This document shows, piece after piece, positions 27,179-39,460 of a stretch of 64,000 nucleotides of DNA. The position numbers and the translations under genes were made by a program. The DNA comes from Octopus bimaculoides (taxonomy: Eukaryota). The notes beneath the pieces are model-generated. The model did no database searches. It saw only the letters and a list, made by a program, of their open reading frames with translations, and was not told the DNA's origin. Where the stretch lies: positions 78,218,557 to 78,282,556 of the forward strand of contig NC_068987.1 of NCBI RefSeq assembly GCF_001194135.2, written 5' to 3'. Each line of letters opens with the position of its first letter. Within the stretch, counting starts at the first letter, position 1.

Positions 27179-27200
27179 TACAATATATGAATGCATGTAT

Positions 27201-27529
27201 CAGAGGCGACTCCAGGTCATCAGCGTTACTCGAGCTCATCACGAATTTCGCATATGACACATGTCCAGAACGGAAACTTTTCATAGATTGGAATTTAAAT
27301 CCTAATCTCTACATAGAACTTCATTGTTTCAAGAAAACACTAAATTTGAATTACTTTTAATTTTTACGATTATAGATAATGAAAATAAATGAACTTCAAT
27401 CAGGTTCAACAAAGGGATTACATACTTTGAAGTCAGTGTTGGAAGAAATTAAATCAGCTTGCCAATACATGTTCACTAAATTTAAACTGGGGCCAAGCCC
27501 GAACAGCGCGAGTGCCGGAGTCGCCACTG
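27201..27529. mobile_element. hAT-type MITE
   Basis: 13-bp TIRs CAGAGGCGACTCC / GGAGTCGCCACTG; degenerate 8-bp TSD GCATGTAT / GTATATAT. Confidence 0.7.
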
Positions 27530-27817
27530 GTATATATGTATGTCTATGTGCATTTTGATATACATATACGTACATGCATGCATACGTACATAAATATTGT
27601 TATGTGAAACGTCATTAAACGTAGTTTCCCCTTCCGTTCATCAAATCGAGTTAGACAGCTGAAAAACGCCTAAACAGATTTTACTTCAAAACCGCGTTTT
27701 ATTTAGGTAAAATTAGTTGAGGTTTGCTTGTTCTAATTTTTAGGGTCCAAAGAAGTCGGTTGGACAGCAAATGGAGGTAATTCCCATCCATAGAATTCCC
27801 CTATATAATAGATGAAT

Positions 27818-28018
27818 ATTCTTTTCTACTCTAGGCACAAGGCCCAACATTTTGGGGGAGAGGTCCAGTCGATTAGATCGACCCTAGGACGCAACTGGTA
27901 CTTAATTAATCGACCTCGAAAGGATGAAAGGCAAAGTCGACCTCGACGAAATTTGAACTCAGAACGTAAAGAGAGACGAAATACTGCTAAGCATTTCACA
28001 CGGCGTGCTAACGATTCT
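27818..28018 (-). mobile_element. SINE family A (AGTAGAAAAG-type tail)
   Basis: Antisense core GAAAGGATGAAAGGCAAAGTCGACCTCGACGAAATTTGAACTCAGAAC. Confidence 0.9.
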
Positions 28019-28251
28019 TATTTCTTTACTGCCCACAAAGGGCTACACACAGAGGGGACTAACAAGGACAGAGAAACGGATTAAGTCGATTATATCGACC
28101 CCAGTGCGTAACTGGTACTTATTTAATCGACCCCGAAAGGATGAAAGGAAAAGTTAACCTCAGCGGAATTTGAACTCAGAACGTGGAGACAGACGAAATA
28201 TCGTTAAGCATTTCTTGCGGCGTGCTAACGTTTCTGCCAGCTCATCGCCTT
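28019..28251 (-). mobile_element. SINE family A (AAAGAAATAAGAA-type tail)
   Basis: Full-length antisense copy directly abutting the previous one. Confidence 0.9.
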
Positions 28252-28295
28252 ATATATATATATATATATATAAAAAAAAAAAAGAAATCCCTAAG

Positions 28296-28622
28296 TTATT
28301 CCATGTTAAAGTTGTCGTATTTCTGTAATTTCAACCAATCACTGACGTCCATTCAGCCGATATACATTAAGTGCCGACTACATAAACAAACGATTCTGAA
28401 ACAATTCTATCGGTGATAGTGTTAGGGTTAGGGTTAGGGTTAGGGTTAGGGTTAGGGTTAGGGTAAAACAGCAAATTTAAAAAGAAAAAAGCAAAACGAA
28501 GCTATGGAAATTAAATACGCTTTACACCGCTTAATCAGCCAAAGGAGTAAATGTAAACAACTGAATACTTGTCAGTGATTGGTTGAAATTATCGAAATAA
28601 GACAATTTTTTACATGAAATAA
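28296..28622. mobile_element. MITE with ~60-bp TIRs and central (TTAGGG)7
   Basis: Arms 28296-28356 and 28561-28622 (TAATTTCAACCAATCACTGAC / GTCAGTGATTGGTTGAAATTA). Confidence 0.75.
28422..28463 (+). repeat. Interstitial telomere-type (TTAGGG)7
   Basis: Seven perfect TTAGGG units. Confidence 0.95.
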
Positions 28623-29417
28623 ATTCGAATACAAAAATATTTTTCTGTTCTATAACACAAAATAGATAAGTATACGAAGTTTGAAAGTCTTTCGGTACCA
28701 AAAACACTACGTAAAACATTAATGAAAAATGTGGCCCCCGTTTTAAAAAAGATCCTAAATCTGTTTATACAAAATCGTCTCTCAAAATTGTTCAAATTCT
28801 TAAACAATTTTGACAGACAAATACGTTTTATATTTGATAAATTTCAAACTCAAAGTTGAGTGTTTATATTTTTAAATGGCTAGAATCGGTAGATTTACGA
28901 ACACGATTTTGTTTCCAAATTCTGTTAAAAGAATGCAGGTGTTACTCTTGTAATGAGTATGTAGGAAATGGTTGGCATATTTTATAAACCCCAAGCTTAT
29001 CTGACAGAAAACGGATATAATGATTATAATATCCAATAATAGCTCTTAAGTAATATAAATTACTCCTCCCTTGAGTAACAAATCTGACAAAATGTTTGCT
29101 TGCCTTGAATTACAGTTTCCCTTCCCGATATAACAATTTAAATTTTGTAAAATTACCTGAAAATCAGGAATTATTTATTTCGAACTTCAATGAATATTCA
29201 GGTTAAGTTTACTCATGCTCCTGTTGAGAGTGCGTTTGGGAAATATTCATGACATATTAATGTATTATTGAATTGATGGATTGGGGCTGACCATAGTTTT
29301 AATGTTCGCTAAGAATATCTAAATATTGTCCAAACTACGCAGAGGGAGATATATTGTCTTCAAAATATTTATTGTCATCACTTCGGCACACATCATCTCT
29401 AGTTAAGCTGACTAATG

Positions 29418-29582
29418 CATCTTTTATTCTTTAATTGTTTCAGTCAATGGACTAAGACCATGCTGGAGCACCGCCTTGGAAGTATCTTTCGTCGAAGAAA
29501 CTAGCTCCCTTAGTCATGCTTTTTCTTTTTTTACTTTAAGGCCTGGTATATATTCTGTCTCTTTACAAAACTGCTAAGTTAT
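29418..29582 (-). mobile_element. SINE family B, 3' part
   Basis: GTTTCAGTCAATGGACTAAGACCATGCTGGAGCACCGCCTTG. Confidence 0.8.
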
Positions 29583-30533
29583 GTGTGTGTCTATGAGCGA
29601 AACACCCAAGCTTCATGCGGCTCCGGCAGAAGGTAACGGCAGACTTCTGCTGACTCTTTCGCCACAACTTTCTCTCACTCTTTCCTCCTGCATCTAGCAA
29701 CTCACCTGTGAAAGACCGGCGTCAAGTCCAGGTGGAGAGTCTATACGCCAATGAAACCGGCCGATATGGGCCGAGCATGGCTCGAGAAGGAATAAACAAC
29801 ATATCTGTTAAAATGAGACCTCACTGTTATTTTCATTTTTGCGTAATTTAGATGACACGTTATTCACTGCACCCTGTATGTATGTNNNNNNNNNNNNNNN
29901 NNNNNNNNNNNNNNNNNNNNNNNNNNNNNNNNNNNNNNNNNNNNNNNNNNNNNNNNNNNNNNNNNNNNNNNNNNNNNNNNNNNNNNNNNNNNNNNNNNNN
30001 NNNNNNNNNNNNNNNNNNNNNNNNNNNNNNNNNNNNNNNNNNNNNNNNNNNNNNNNNNNNNNNNNNNNNNNNNNNNNNNNNNNNNNNNNNNNNNNNNNNN
30101 NNNNNNNNNNNNNNNNNNNNNNNNNNNNNNNNNNNNNNNNNNNNNNNNNNNNNNNNNNNNNNNNNNNNNNNNNNNNNNNNNNNNNNNNNNNNNNNNNNNN
30201 NNNNNNNNNNNNNNNNNNNNNNNNNNNNNNNNNNNNNNNNNNNNNNNNNNNNNNNNNNNNNNNNNNNNNNNNNNNNNNNNNNNNNNNNNNNNNNNNNNNN
30301 NNNNNNNNNNNNNNNNNNNNNNNNNNNNNNNNNNNNNNNNNNNNNNNNNNNNNNNNNNNNNNNNNNNNNNNNNNNNNNNNNNNNNNNNNNNNNNNNNNNN
30401 NNNNNNNNTTTACTCACACGGCATTGTGGGGCTATATAATATAAAATACTTTCCCACGTTGTCGTACAGTAAACCTGAACCCGAAACCACGTGATTGCAA
30501 AGTGTGCTTCTTTTATACATTTTTAAAAAATGG

Positions 30534-30760
30534 TTGGCAGAAACGTTAGCATGCCGGGCGAAATACTTAGTGGTATTTCGCCTGCCGTTACGTTCTGAGT
30601 TCAAATTCCGCCGAGGTCGACTTTGCCTTTCATCCTTTCGGGGTCGATAAATTAAGTACCAGTTACACACTGTGGTCGATGTAATCGACTTAATCCCTTT
30701 GTCTGTCCTTGTTAGTTCCCTCTATGTTTAGCCCCTTGTGGGTAATAATGAAATAAGAAG
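30534..30760 (+). mobile_element. SINE family A, young copy
   Basis: Almost identical to the 32975-33211 copy. Confidence 0.95.
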
Positions 30761-31211
30761 TAACACCTCTGCTATGTTTCGTTCATGAACTTTCCTCCCT
30801 GGTTTGCATAAATACCAGTGATATAGAAAGCTAACAATGAATTCAGTATTCTCGAATATTAAAAAGACAACTAGATATCTCTTATAAAATGTGTGACAAA
30901 AATTCAATCAAAATGAAAAACAGACAGTAAATAAACTATTATTTTATTCAATATTATGTTGCTATGGTGAAAAATCTAAAGTAATAAAGACGGATGTGAT
31001 GCAATTTGAATGTCTAAAGGAATTGTTTCTTTGAAATAACCTCGATAATCAGTGAGAAAAAGGAAGGAACACAGGCATCCTCCATTATAACAATCAAAGA
31101 ATTGTTTGTCTTATATCTTAGGGCGACTGTGTGATGTATTCCTTGGTATAAGAAAGAGAACAACGTTTTATGTAATCATAAACATATATTGAGCTTAAAA
31201 TGGTGTGATAG

Positions 31212-31356
31212 GTGCAGGCATGGGTGTTTTGTTACGAAATACGTTTCGGAACAAGTTGATTTCGAGTTCATCCCAATACGCGGCAACTTAGGCAAATGTC
31301 TTCTACTATAGGGCCATGCCAACCAATCTGGTAGACAAAAACTGCGGAAATGCGTC
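31212..31356 (+). mobile_element. SINE family B head, diverged
   Basis: TTAGGCAAATGTCTTCTACTATAGGG...TGGTAGACAAAAACTG. Confidence 0.6.
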
Positions 31357-31681
31357 ATATATATATATATATATATACAAACGTTTCATGTTAAGTAGAG
31401 AAGGAAAATATCCAAGTATCTTGACAATTTTTCCAGCCGATCACATGGAGAAAAATTGTTAAGATACTTGTATATATGTTCCAATTCTTCTTAAAATGAA
31501 ACCAATGGTAGCTTTAATCTACGAATAAAGAAATTATTTATCCACCAATGCAGTGTTGAGCACTCATTCCATCGTTCTACATTTACGTGTATATATATAT
31601 ATATATATNNNNNNNNNNNNNNNNNNNNNNNNNNNNNNNNNNNNNNNNNNNNNNNNNNNNNNNNNNNNNNNNNNNNNNNNN

Positions 31682-31830
31682 GTGAGAATTTGCAAAAAAC
31701 AAAAGAGGAAGACGGATGTGTAAACAATAAACAGATGTATTAGTTTAACGCTCGGGAAGTGAGGAAGTCTTTTACGTTTCAAGCCTATGCTCTTGGACAA
31801 AAAGGAACACAGAAAATAGAAAAAGGTTTA
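31682..31830 (-). mobile_element. Penelope-like terminal repeat with degenerate hammerhead-like motif
   Basis: Minus strand AAGAGCATAGGCTTGAAACGTAAAAGACTT..TTCCCGAGCGT; related to 38010-38165. Confidence 0.5.
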
Positions 31831-31858
31831 TTGGCTACCGATCTATCATGGCGTATCC

Positions 31859-31898
<40 letters not shown>

Positions 31899-31904
31899 GG
31901 ATAC

Positions 31905-32115
31905 GTGTCTTGTGTGGGAGTGATGTCCCTCTAACTCTTCAAAACCGACGTTGGTGTGTTTACGACCCCGTAACGTAACGGTTTGGCAAATAGACCGATA
32001 GAGTAAGTACCAGATTTAAACAAAATATGTACTGAGGTCTATTTACTAGACTAAATCATTCAAGGCGGTGCCCCAAAATAGCTGCAGTCCAATGACTGCA
32101 ACGTGTGAAAGATAC
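31905..32115 (+). mobile_element. SINE family B, 3' half
   Basis: GTTGGTGTGTTTACGACCCCGTAACGTAACGGTTTGGC...TTCAAGGCGGTGCCCC...GCAGTCCAATGACTG. Confidence 0.8.
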
Positions 32116-32699
32116 AACATATGTTAAAATTTTCAATAAAGATTATGTTATCAATTTAAAGATTTCCTGTGTCTCGCTGATATTTATGGTACAGGCATTG
32201 TAAAAGGAATCTAGTACTTAGAATTTCCAATGCGATATATGTGGTTTGAAAGTAAAGTTGGTGAATCATCCAGACCAATATTCTGATATTCGCATCATTC
32301 AACATTATTCTGACATTCGCAACAATAATTTCTAATTTGAAGTATCGAAGATTTTCTAAAAGAGTACGAGTTGCGTTGATGGACTGATTAACTTTCAACG
32401 GGGACTGAAACTGGAAAAAGCATGTTGCTGAGCGTTTCTTATCTACCTACAGATCACACCATTTGTATATATTAGTATAGTGGTAAACACCATTTCAGGA
32501 GATGTGCTAAATGCTCGTCAAGCTAAACCTGCAATTTCAAATCTATTCGGTAAATATTTCGATAAAGTTAAAGGAGCGCAGCATCCCATGTTTGCTCTTT
32601 AATCATATAAAGCTTTTGTTCCTGGTGAAAGGTACATCAAACGTATTTGCAATACGAGTGAAAACTGGTTCTATATTTAATGCAATATCCCGTTGGTCA

Positions 32700-32933
32700 G
32701 AATGCGATTTGCATCTTGTGGCTTTCGAAATATGCCACCCTGATGGCTCGGTGAATAGGCCATCATTCCATTGATCGGAAGGCTAGTCCGTCGCAAGGTT
32801 ACACATTTACAGTTGAGTGAACTGCAGCAATGTGAAATGAAATATTTTGCTCGAAAACACAATGCGAACCTGGTCTGGGAATCGAAACCACGATTTCACG
32901 ATCACAATTGCAACACTCCTAACCATGCGCCTT
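32700..32933 (-). mobile_element. SINE family C
   Basis: Homologous to 4760-4979; head AAGGCGCATGG...GGTTTCGATTCCC. Confidence 0.7.
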
Positions 32934-32974
32934 CACTAGAGTTAATATATTTAATATAAGATAGCATGTTTATT

Positions 32975-33600
32975 AAGGCGTCGAGCTGATAAAATCGTTA
33001 GCGCGCCGGGCGAAATGCTTAGCGGCAATTCGTCTGCCGTTACGTTCTGAGTTCAAATTCCGCCGAGGTCGACTTTGCCTTTCATCCTTTCGGGGTCGAT
33101 AAATTAAGTACCAGTTCTGCACTGGAGTCGATGTAATCGACTTAATCCCTTTGTCTGTCCTTGTTTGTCCCTTCTATGTTTAGACCTTTGTGGGCAATAA
33201 AGAAATAAGAAACATTAGCATTTTGGACAAAATGCTACGCAGCATTTCATCCGTCTTTACGATGTGAGTTCAACTTCCACTCGCGTTGACTTTTCCTTTT
33301 AAGCTCTGGGACTGGTGTAACTGACTTACCCTTTCCCCCGAAATTGCTCGCCTTGCGATAAAATTTGAAATCAATATAGTATATTTATTTTTGTAAAAAT
33401 TATTTTCCCTACATTTGCATTAATCTACCTTGGCGGGGAACTGGTGCAATCGTTAGCGCATCGAGTTCAAATACCACCGATGTCGACTTTCATATATTCG
33501 AGGTAGGTCAAATATGTAGCAGTCAAGTATTAAGGCCGATGTAATCGACTTTCCTACCCAACAAATTTCTGGCCTTGTGCCAAAATAAGAAAGAATTATT
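32975..33600 (+). mobile_element. Three tandem SINE family A copies (32975-33211, 33211-33380, 33430-33600)
   Basis: One young full-length copy followed by two older or deleted copies in the same orientation. Confidence 0.85.
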
Positions 33601-34537
33601 ATAACATGATAGAACTGATAACATGTTTGAGCAGCACAACTGTCTTTTTTCTTTTTTTCTTGAAGTTTAAGTAACTTCATATGAATTAATTCAGGCATTT
33701 TGGACAATTTACAACTTCCATAAAGTAATTTAAAGTTCAGTCATTAAAGTTCAATGATCGTATAGAGATTCAGAGCCAAATATTTATTACAAAACATAGA
33801 AGATGTAGAAATCCTTAACTAATCAGAGAAAGTTATGTAAACATATTACCCGCAAGGAAAGCTTCAGAAAACAAAATTAAAAGGATCACAAAACATTTAT
33901 TCTCATTTATAAACTCTTCTTAACGATGTGATCAATGTAGAAGTTAATGAAGCCTGGTTCTGATGTAAGAGAGTAGCAATAAAAACAATTCTGCCGCCTG
34001 TTTTATGAAGCTTTAATGAATCTTGTGTCTTTAAGTATCATTTGATATAAACAAAACAGCATTTTAGTTATTCTTCCCTCACATATATATATAGGCATGT
34101 TAATGAGTGAACGTCTATCTTTATATCGGTACAATAGATAATTATCTAGAATCTACCAGCAGGGAAACTTCTTGCCGGAGCCTAAAACACATTCACAATA
34201 CTCAATAATGAGGCGTAAATGAAATGATGTGACAGAGAAAGTATGTGTGAGTGGTGAGGTCAGTTGTATTTTCTCTTGTGACAAAATGTATTAATGAACG
34301 TACAGTGCAGAAACCTTACCCTCAAACTAGACAAATTTGCTATGGTACGAGCTCACAGTTGAAAATAATAGGTAGTTTTATTGAGTTACAGGCAGAAAAT
34401 AGCAAGGAATTTAGTCGCCAAACATGAATGAAATATTGAATATCGCATATAATATACAATTGATGAAGATTGTCAACCATTATGTATATAATACACACAT
34501 ACATACATATATACATACATACATACACACACACACA

Positions 34538-34583
<46 letters not shown>

Positions 34584-35267
34584 TATACATACAGTTATGT
34601 ATGCGTGTATTTATACACACATAACAACAATAGCTGCAGCAAACAAAATGAGGGGGAAAAAAACTAATAACATCACATAACGCACTCCAGAGATATTTTC
34701 CTGAAATAAAGGGGGAAAAAATGAAAGATTCTTTTAAAGAAATACATTTTCAAGTAGCGACAGGCTATTTTTTCTCTTATTCTACTGCAAACTAAAAGAA
34801 AAACCAAAAGGGGAAGAAAAGAAGAAAGAAATCATAGAATATTTTTCGACAACAGAACATTACCAATAGCAATAAAAACTGCAGCGAAGGTTGGTAATGA
34901 CTGAAAAAAAAAAATGAAAGAAAGAAAGAAAATATAATGGTATTGTGGAGAAACCGTTATGTTTGCCAAAATAGGATGTAATACTCGTTCTTTATTGATA
35001 TCTTTACAAACAAAATGCATTACAGTATTTAGTTTCGTTCCTCTCGGTTCTTTGGTAAGGAAGATCGATCGATAGAATTAGTTCCCAACAATAATGATAC
35101 GCTATCGTTACGATCAATAATAAAAAAAATGCCGTGCTTTGGCAGAAACCGTAGGACGCCAGGCTATTTATCTAACAGTATTTAGTTTCGATATTCCATG
35201 TTCAGAAATCGAATCCTACGAGGGTAATCACTTGAGGAACCATAAAATAAGCAGTAGTTATGTGTTG

Positions 35268-35450
35268 AAGACGGTGGTGCGTTGGCAGAATCGTTAGATT
35301 GTCGGACAAAATGCTTAGCAGTATTTCTTCCGGCTTTTACTTTATGAATTCACATCCTGCTTTTCATTTTTTCTTCGTCGATATATTAAAGTACCAGTAA
35401 AGTATTTGGGTATCGACTTGTCTTCTCCCCTTAAAATTGCTGGCCTTGCA
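35268..35450 (+). mobile_element. SINE family A, diverged
   Basis: TTGGCAGAATCGTTAG...GGACAAAATGCTTAGCAGTATTTC. Confidence 0.8.
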
Positions 35451-35536
35451 GCCTGCAACAGAACGTCCCCTTCATAGAAACTGGGCAACTGGGCGTATGA
35501 TTCATTACGCCTTAGAAACAAATGAGTTGATCTAGT

Positions 35537-35971
35537 TATCTTTTATTTGTTTCAGTCACTTGACTGCGGTCATGCTGGGGCACCATCTTAAATGGTTTTT
35601 AGTTGAAGAAAACGATCCCAGTATTTACTTTTTAAGCCTGGTACTTATTCTGTGGGTCTCTTTGTGCCAAACCGCTAGGTTACTGGAACGTAAACACACC
35701 AACACATCAATCGATGATGGAGGGGGGCACAAACACAAACAGAAAGACACACATACACGTACACACACACACACACACACACAAAAACACACACACAGAT
35801 ATATATACGACGAGCTTCTTTCAGTTTCCGTCTACCAAATCCACTCACAAAGCTTTGGTCGGCCCGCGGCTACAGTAGAAGACACTTGCCCAAGGTACTA
35901 CGCAGTGGGACTGAACCCGGAACCTTGTGGTTAGGAAGCAAGCGTCTTACCACACAGCCACGCCTGCACCT
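35537..35971 (-). mobile_element. SINE family B, full length (octopus OR2-like CORE-SINE, tentative name)
   Basis: Minus strand A box TGGCTGTGTGG, B box GGTTCAGTCC, CORE-like GTACCTTGGGCAAGTGTCTT (compare MIR core GACCTTGGGCAAGT), internal (TG)n, tail CCCCAGCATGACCGCAGTC. Confidence 0.85.
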
Positions 35972-36794
35972 ATACATACATACATACATACATACATACA
36001 TACATACATACATGTTTTACATTTTTATTACTTATCCATCTTGTTACCCCCATAGAAAAATACTTTACTTTATATATGTGTGTGTGTGCATATTTATATC
36101 TATATATCAATANNNNNNNNNNNNNNNNNNNNNNNNNNNNNNNNNNNNNNNNNNNNNNNNNNNNNNNNNNNNNNNNNNNNNNNNNNNNNNNNNNNNNNNN
36201 NNNNNNNNNNNNNNNNNNNNNNNNNNNNNNNNNNNNNNNNNNNNNNNNNNNNNNNNNNNNNNNNNNNNNNNNNNNNNNNNNNNNNNNNNNNNNNNNNNNN
36301 NNNNNNNNNNNNNNNNNNNNNNNNNNNNNNNNNNNNNNNNNNNNNNNNNNNNNNNNNNNNNNNNNNNNNNNNNNNNNNNNNNNNNNNNNNNNNNNNNNNN
36401 NNNNNNNNNNNNNNNNNNNNNNNNNNNNNNNNNNNNNNNNNNNNNNNNNNNNNNNNNNNNNNNNNNNNNNNNNNNNNNNNNNNNNNNNNNNNNNNNNNNN
36501 NNNNNNNNNNNNNNNNNNNNNNNNNNNNNNNNNNNNNNNNNNNNNNNNNNNNNNNNNNNNNNNNNNNNNNNNNNNNNNNNNNNNNNNNNNNNNNNNNNNN
36601 NNNNNNNNNNNNNNNNNNNNNNNNNNNNNNNNNNNNNNNNNNNNNNNNNNNNNNNNNNNNNNNNNNNNNNNNNNNNNNNNNNNNNNNNNNNNNNNNNNNN
36701 NNNNNNNNNNNNNNNNNNNNNNNNNNNNNNNNNNNNNNNNNNNNNNNNNNNNNNNNNNGCGAGCCAGCCCATCATCTTCCCTCACGGATTACCA

Positions 36795-37497
36795 TGTTGC
36801 TGATCCCTTAATTTTGTTTATAAATGTATAAGAACTTTTTAAATAAATTCCACACCGATAATGGTGCTTACATACCGAAGGGCTTGGTAAAAATTATTAA
36901 TTATTAATTTATTAATAAATTGATAATCCTTTACCCTTTTAATTGTAATAATAAATTATTCAGTCCCGGATAGTAAACCACAGATTTTCTGCGGTACCGC
37001 CTGTGACGCACATGGTAATCCGTGAGGGAAGATGATGGGCTGGCTCGCTTATGTAGATTTGGAGATACTTTCAAAATGTGTCGACTGCCATGATGACGCT
37101 AGTTCATGCATGCACATTTGCCAGTATCGTCGAATTTACAACAGGAATATCAAACCGATGAGGTAATGAAGAGTTTTTTATTCTTCTAAACCAGAAACAT
37201 GTCTATGATTAACTATGGCTAGTTTAGTTCGTTATTTTTCTTCTTGTTTTGCCTATGTGAGATGCGGGTAACTACTATCTGTTGGAGTTTCAACATTTTT
37301 AGCTGCTATTTCTGAACTTCGGTATGTGGTGAAGCAACCTGTTGCTGATCCCTTAATTTTGTTTATAAATGTATAAGAACTTTTAAATAAGTTCCACACC
37401 GATAATGGTGCTTACATACCGAAGGGCTTGGTAAAAATTATTAATTATTAATTTATTAATAAATTGATAATCCTTTACCCTTTTAATTGTAATAATA
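36795..37497. repeat. 158-bp direct repeat pair (36795-36952, 37340-37497) plus 39-bp perfect inverted repeat (36759-36797, 37010-37048)
   Basis: Directly visible; lies on a short contig between two N gaps. Confidence 0.85.
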
Positions 37498-38009
37498 TAT
37501 GTTTATGTATATATATATATATATNNNNNNNNNNNNNNNNNNNNNNNNNNNNNNNNNNNNNNNNNNNNNNNNNNNNNNNNNNNNNNNNNNNNNNNNNNNN
37601 NNNNNNNNNNNNNNNNNNNNNNNNNNNNNNNNNNNNNNNNNNNNNNNNNNNNNNNNNNNNNNNNNNNNNNNNNNNNNNNNNNNNNNNNNNNNNNNNNNNN
37701 NNNNNNNNNNNNNNNNNNNNNNNNNNNNNNNNNNNNNNNNNNNNNNNNNNNNNNNNNNNNNNNNNNNNNNNNNNNNNNNNNNNNNNNNNNNNNNNNNNNN
37801 NNNNNNNNNNNNNNNNNNNNNNNNNNNNNNNNNNNNNNNNNNNNNNNNNNNATCCGTGGGTAGGAGAGGTGCAGCCGGAGGGTATAAAGTTCAGAATCAA
37901 ACAGTCCAGATCCAGAAGGAAAGAAGGTAGAATCCAAAAGTTGGTAGTGTGTGATGAGAGGAGACAGGATTAGCTGGTGCGACCACGTGAGCGTGTATTA
38001 TATGTGGGA

Positions 38010-38165
38010 GAATATACAAATAATAACAACAGACGAGGACAGGTGGTGTAAATAACAAAAGTATATATTAGTATGACGCTCGGGAATACGGAAAGTTTTT
38101 GACGTTTCGAGCTACGCTCTTCAACAGAAAGAATACGGAGACAAGGAGAAAAACACGGAGAAAAA
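38010..38165 (-). mobile_element. Penelope-like terminal repeat with variant hammerhead motif
   Basis: UCUUU-CUGUUGA-A-GAGC(GUA)GCUC-GAAAC-GU-C-AAAAA at 38132-38096. Confidence 0.55.
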
Positions 38166-38246
38166 AAATTGGAGAAAAAAAATTGAATATATATACACAT
38201 ACACACGCGTACACTCATCTTTTTATTAATCTATCTATCTATTTCT

Positions 38247-38312
<66 letters not shown>

Positions 38313-38430
38313 CACTGCTTTGGTAGAAGACTCTAGCTCAATGCGACGCGCAATGTAGTCAATTCTGGAGCCATGTGTAGTGAAGCAATTTCCTTGATTA
38401 CACAGCCAGCCATACTTGGTTTTTATTTAA

Positions 38431-38651
38431 CCCTTTAATATTTAAACCGGCCATATCAGGCAGAAATATTTTACCTGTTCTATGCTTAAACTGGCCAGAT
38501 CCAGCCTCTCATATGTATCCTGTAATGTCGTTCTCAAAATAAACAAACACATCATCGAAATAACGAAGCCACAAGATAATAGATGATAAATTCAAAACAA
38601 TCTGAATAAACAAGCATTTACATTCAGCAGAATAATCTGAATACTAAAGGG
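38431..38651. mobile_element. piggyBac-type MITE
   Basis: TTAA target duplication on both sides (38427-38430, 38652-38655) and CCCTTTA / TAAAGGG termini. Confidence 0.9.
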
Positions 38652-39258
38652 TTAATCTTCCATGTGGCTGTAAGCTCATGAAAATAACTACTATGAAACT
38701 GATATATGAGAAGTAACCTTCCCAGAAGTTTTGAATCTCACTGCTAAGCTAAACACACCATGAACATATCCGACGCTGAGATACATCTCCTACAGTGGCA
38801 TATGTATCCATGACTTAAAAATCGGCTGTCCAATAGCTAATATATTCAGCCGTTTTGCTTCTCCTTTTGATAATTCAATTTATGACTCATCGTATGGCTG
38901 AAATGTTTCTAATGCATATTTGTTAAGCGTTGGAGATTGGATTCTTATTTAGAAATTTTTAAATAAATAAACGTTCCAGTCGAACCAATAAGGGGCTTCG
39001 TTTTATATCTTCCCTCAATTTATAAGAAGCAGGAAGCGAATTCTCTGAAATACACCGTCGTGTTAGATATGAAAGACATCGTTTTCAAATTTGGTATATG
39101 GATTAAGTTTTGTATACTAATTATGAAAATGAAAATCCTCTTCCCAATAAATCTATAATTAAGAAGTTATTAGCCTTTAAAATTTGCAAAATTTGGGTAT
39201 TTTAGCCATTCGGAAGCGAATATTTTACACACCACCGTCAAGTTCTGTTAGCATAGTA

Positions 39259-39395
39259 AGCAAAGAACTCTGTTTCCATAGTAACCAAGGAGTGTAACCA
39301 CCATGTGTTCCATAACTGTTTGCAGAGAACTGTTTCCATTGTAACCAAAGATACGTATGCACACAAAATGTGTTACCACCACGTGTTCCATAATT
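39259..39395 (+). repeat. Imperfect tandem repeat upstream of the Merlin ORF
   Basis: Two copies of AGAACT.TGTTTCCAT.GTAACCAA.G and of GTGT.ACCACCA.GTGTTCCATAA.TGTTTG. Confidence 0.8.
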
Positions 39396-39460
39396 GTTTG
39401 TTTTCATAACAGTTGGAATTTGATTCGAGAACGGTATAGAGATTTTAGAACAGTGACAAG

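Noticed and set aside
28422-28463. True telomere or chromosome fusion site
   Set aside because: Only 7 units, single orientation, and enclosed by MITE inverted repeats.
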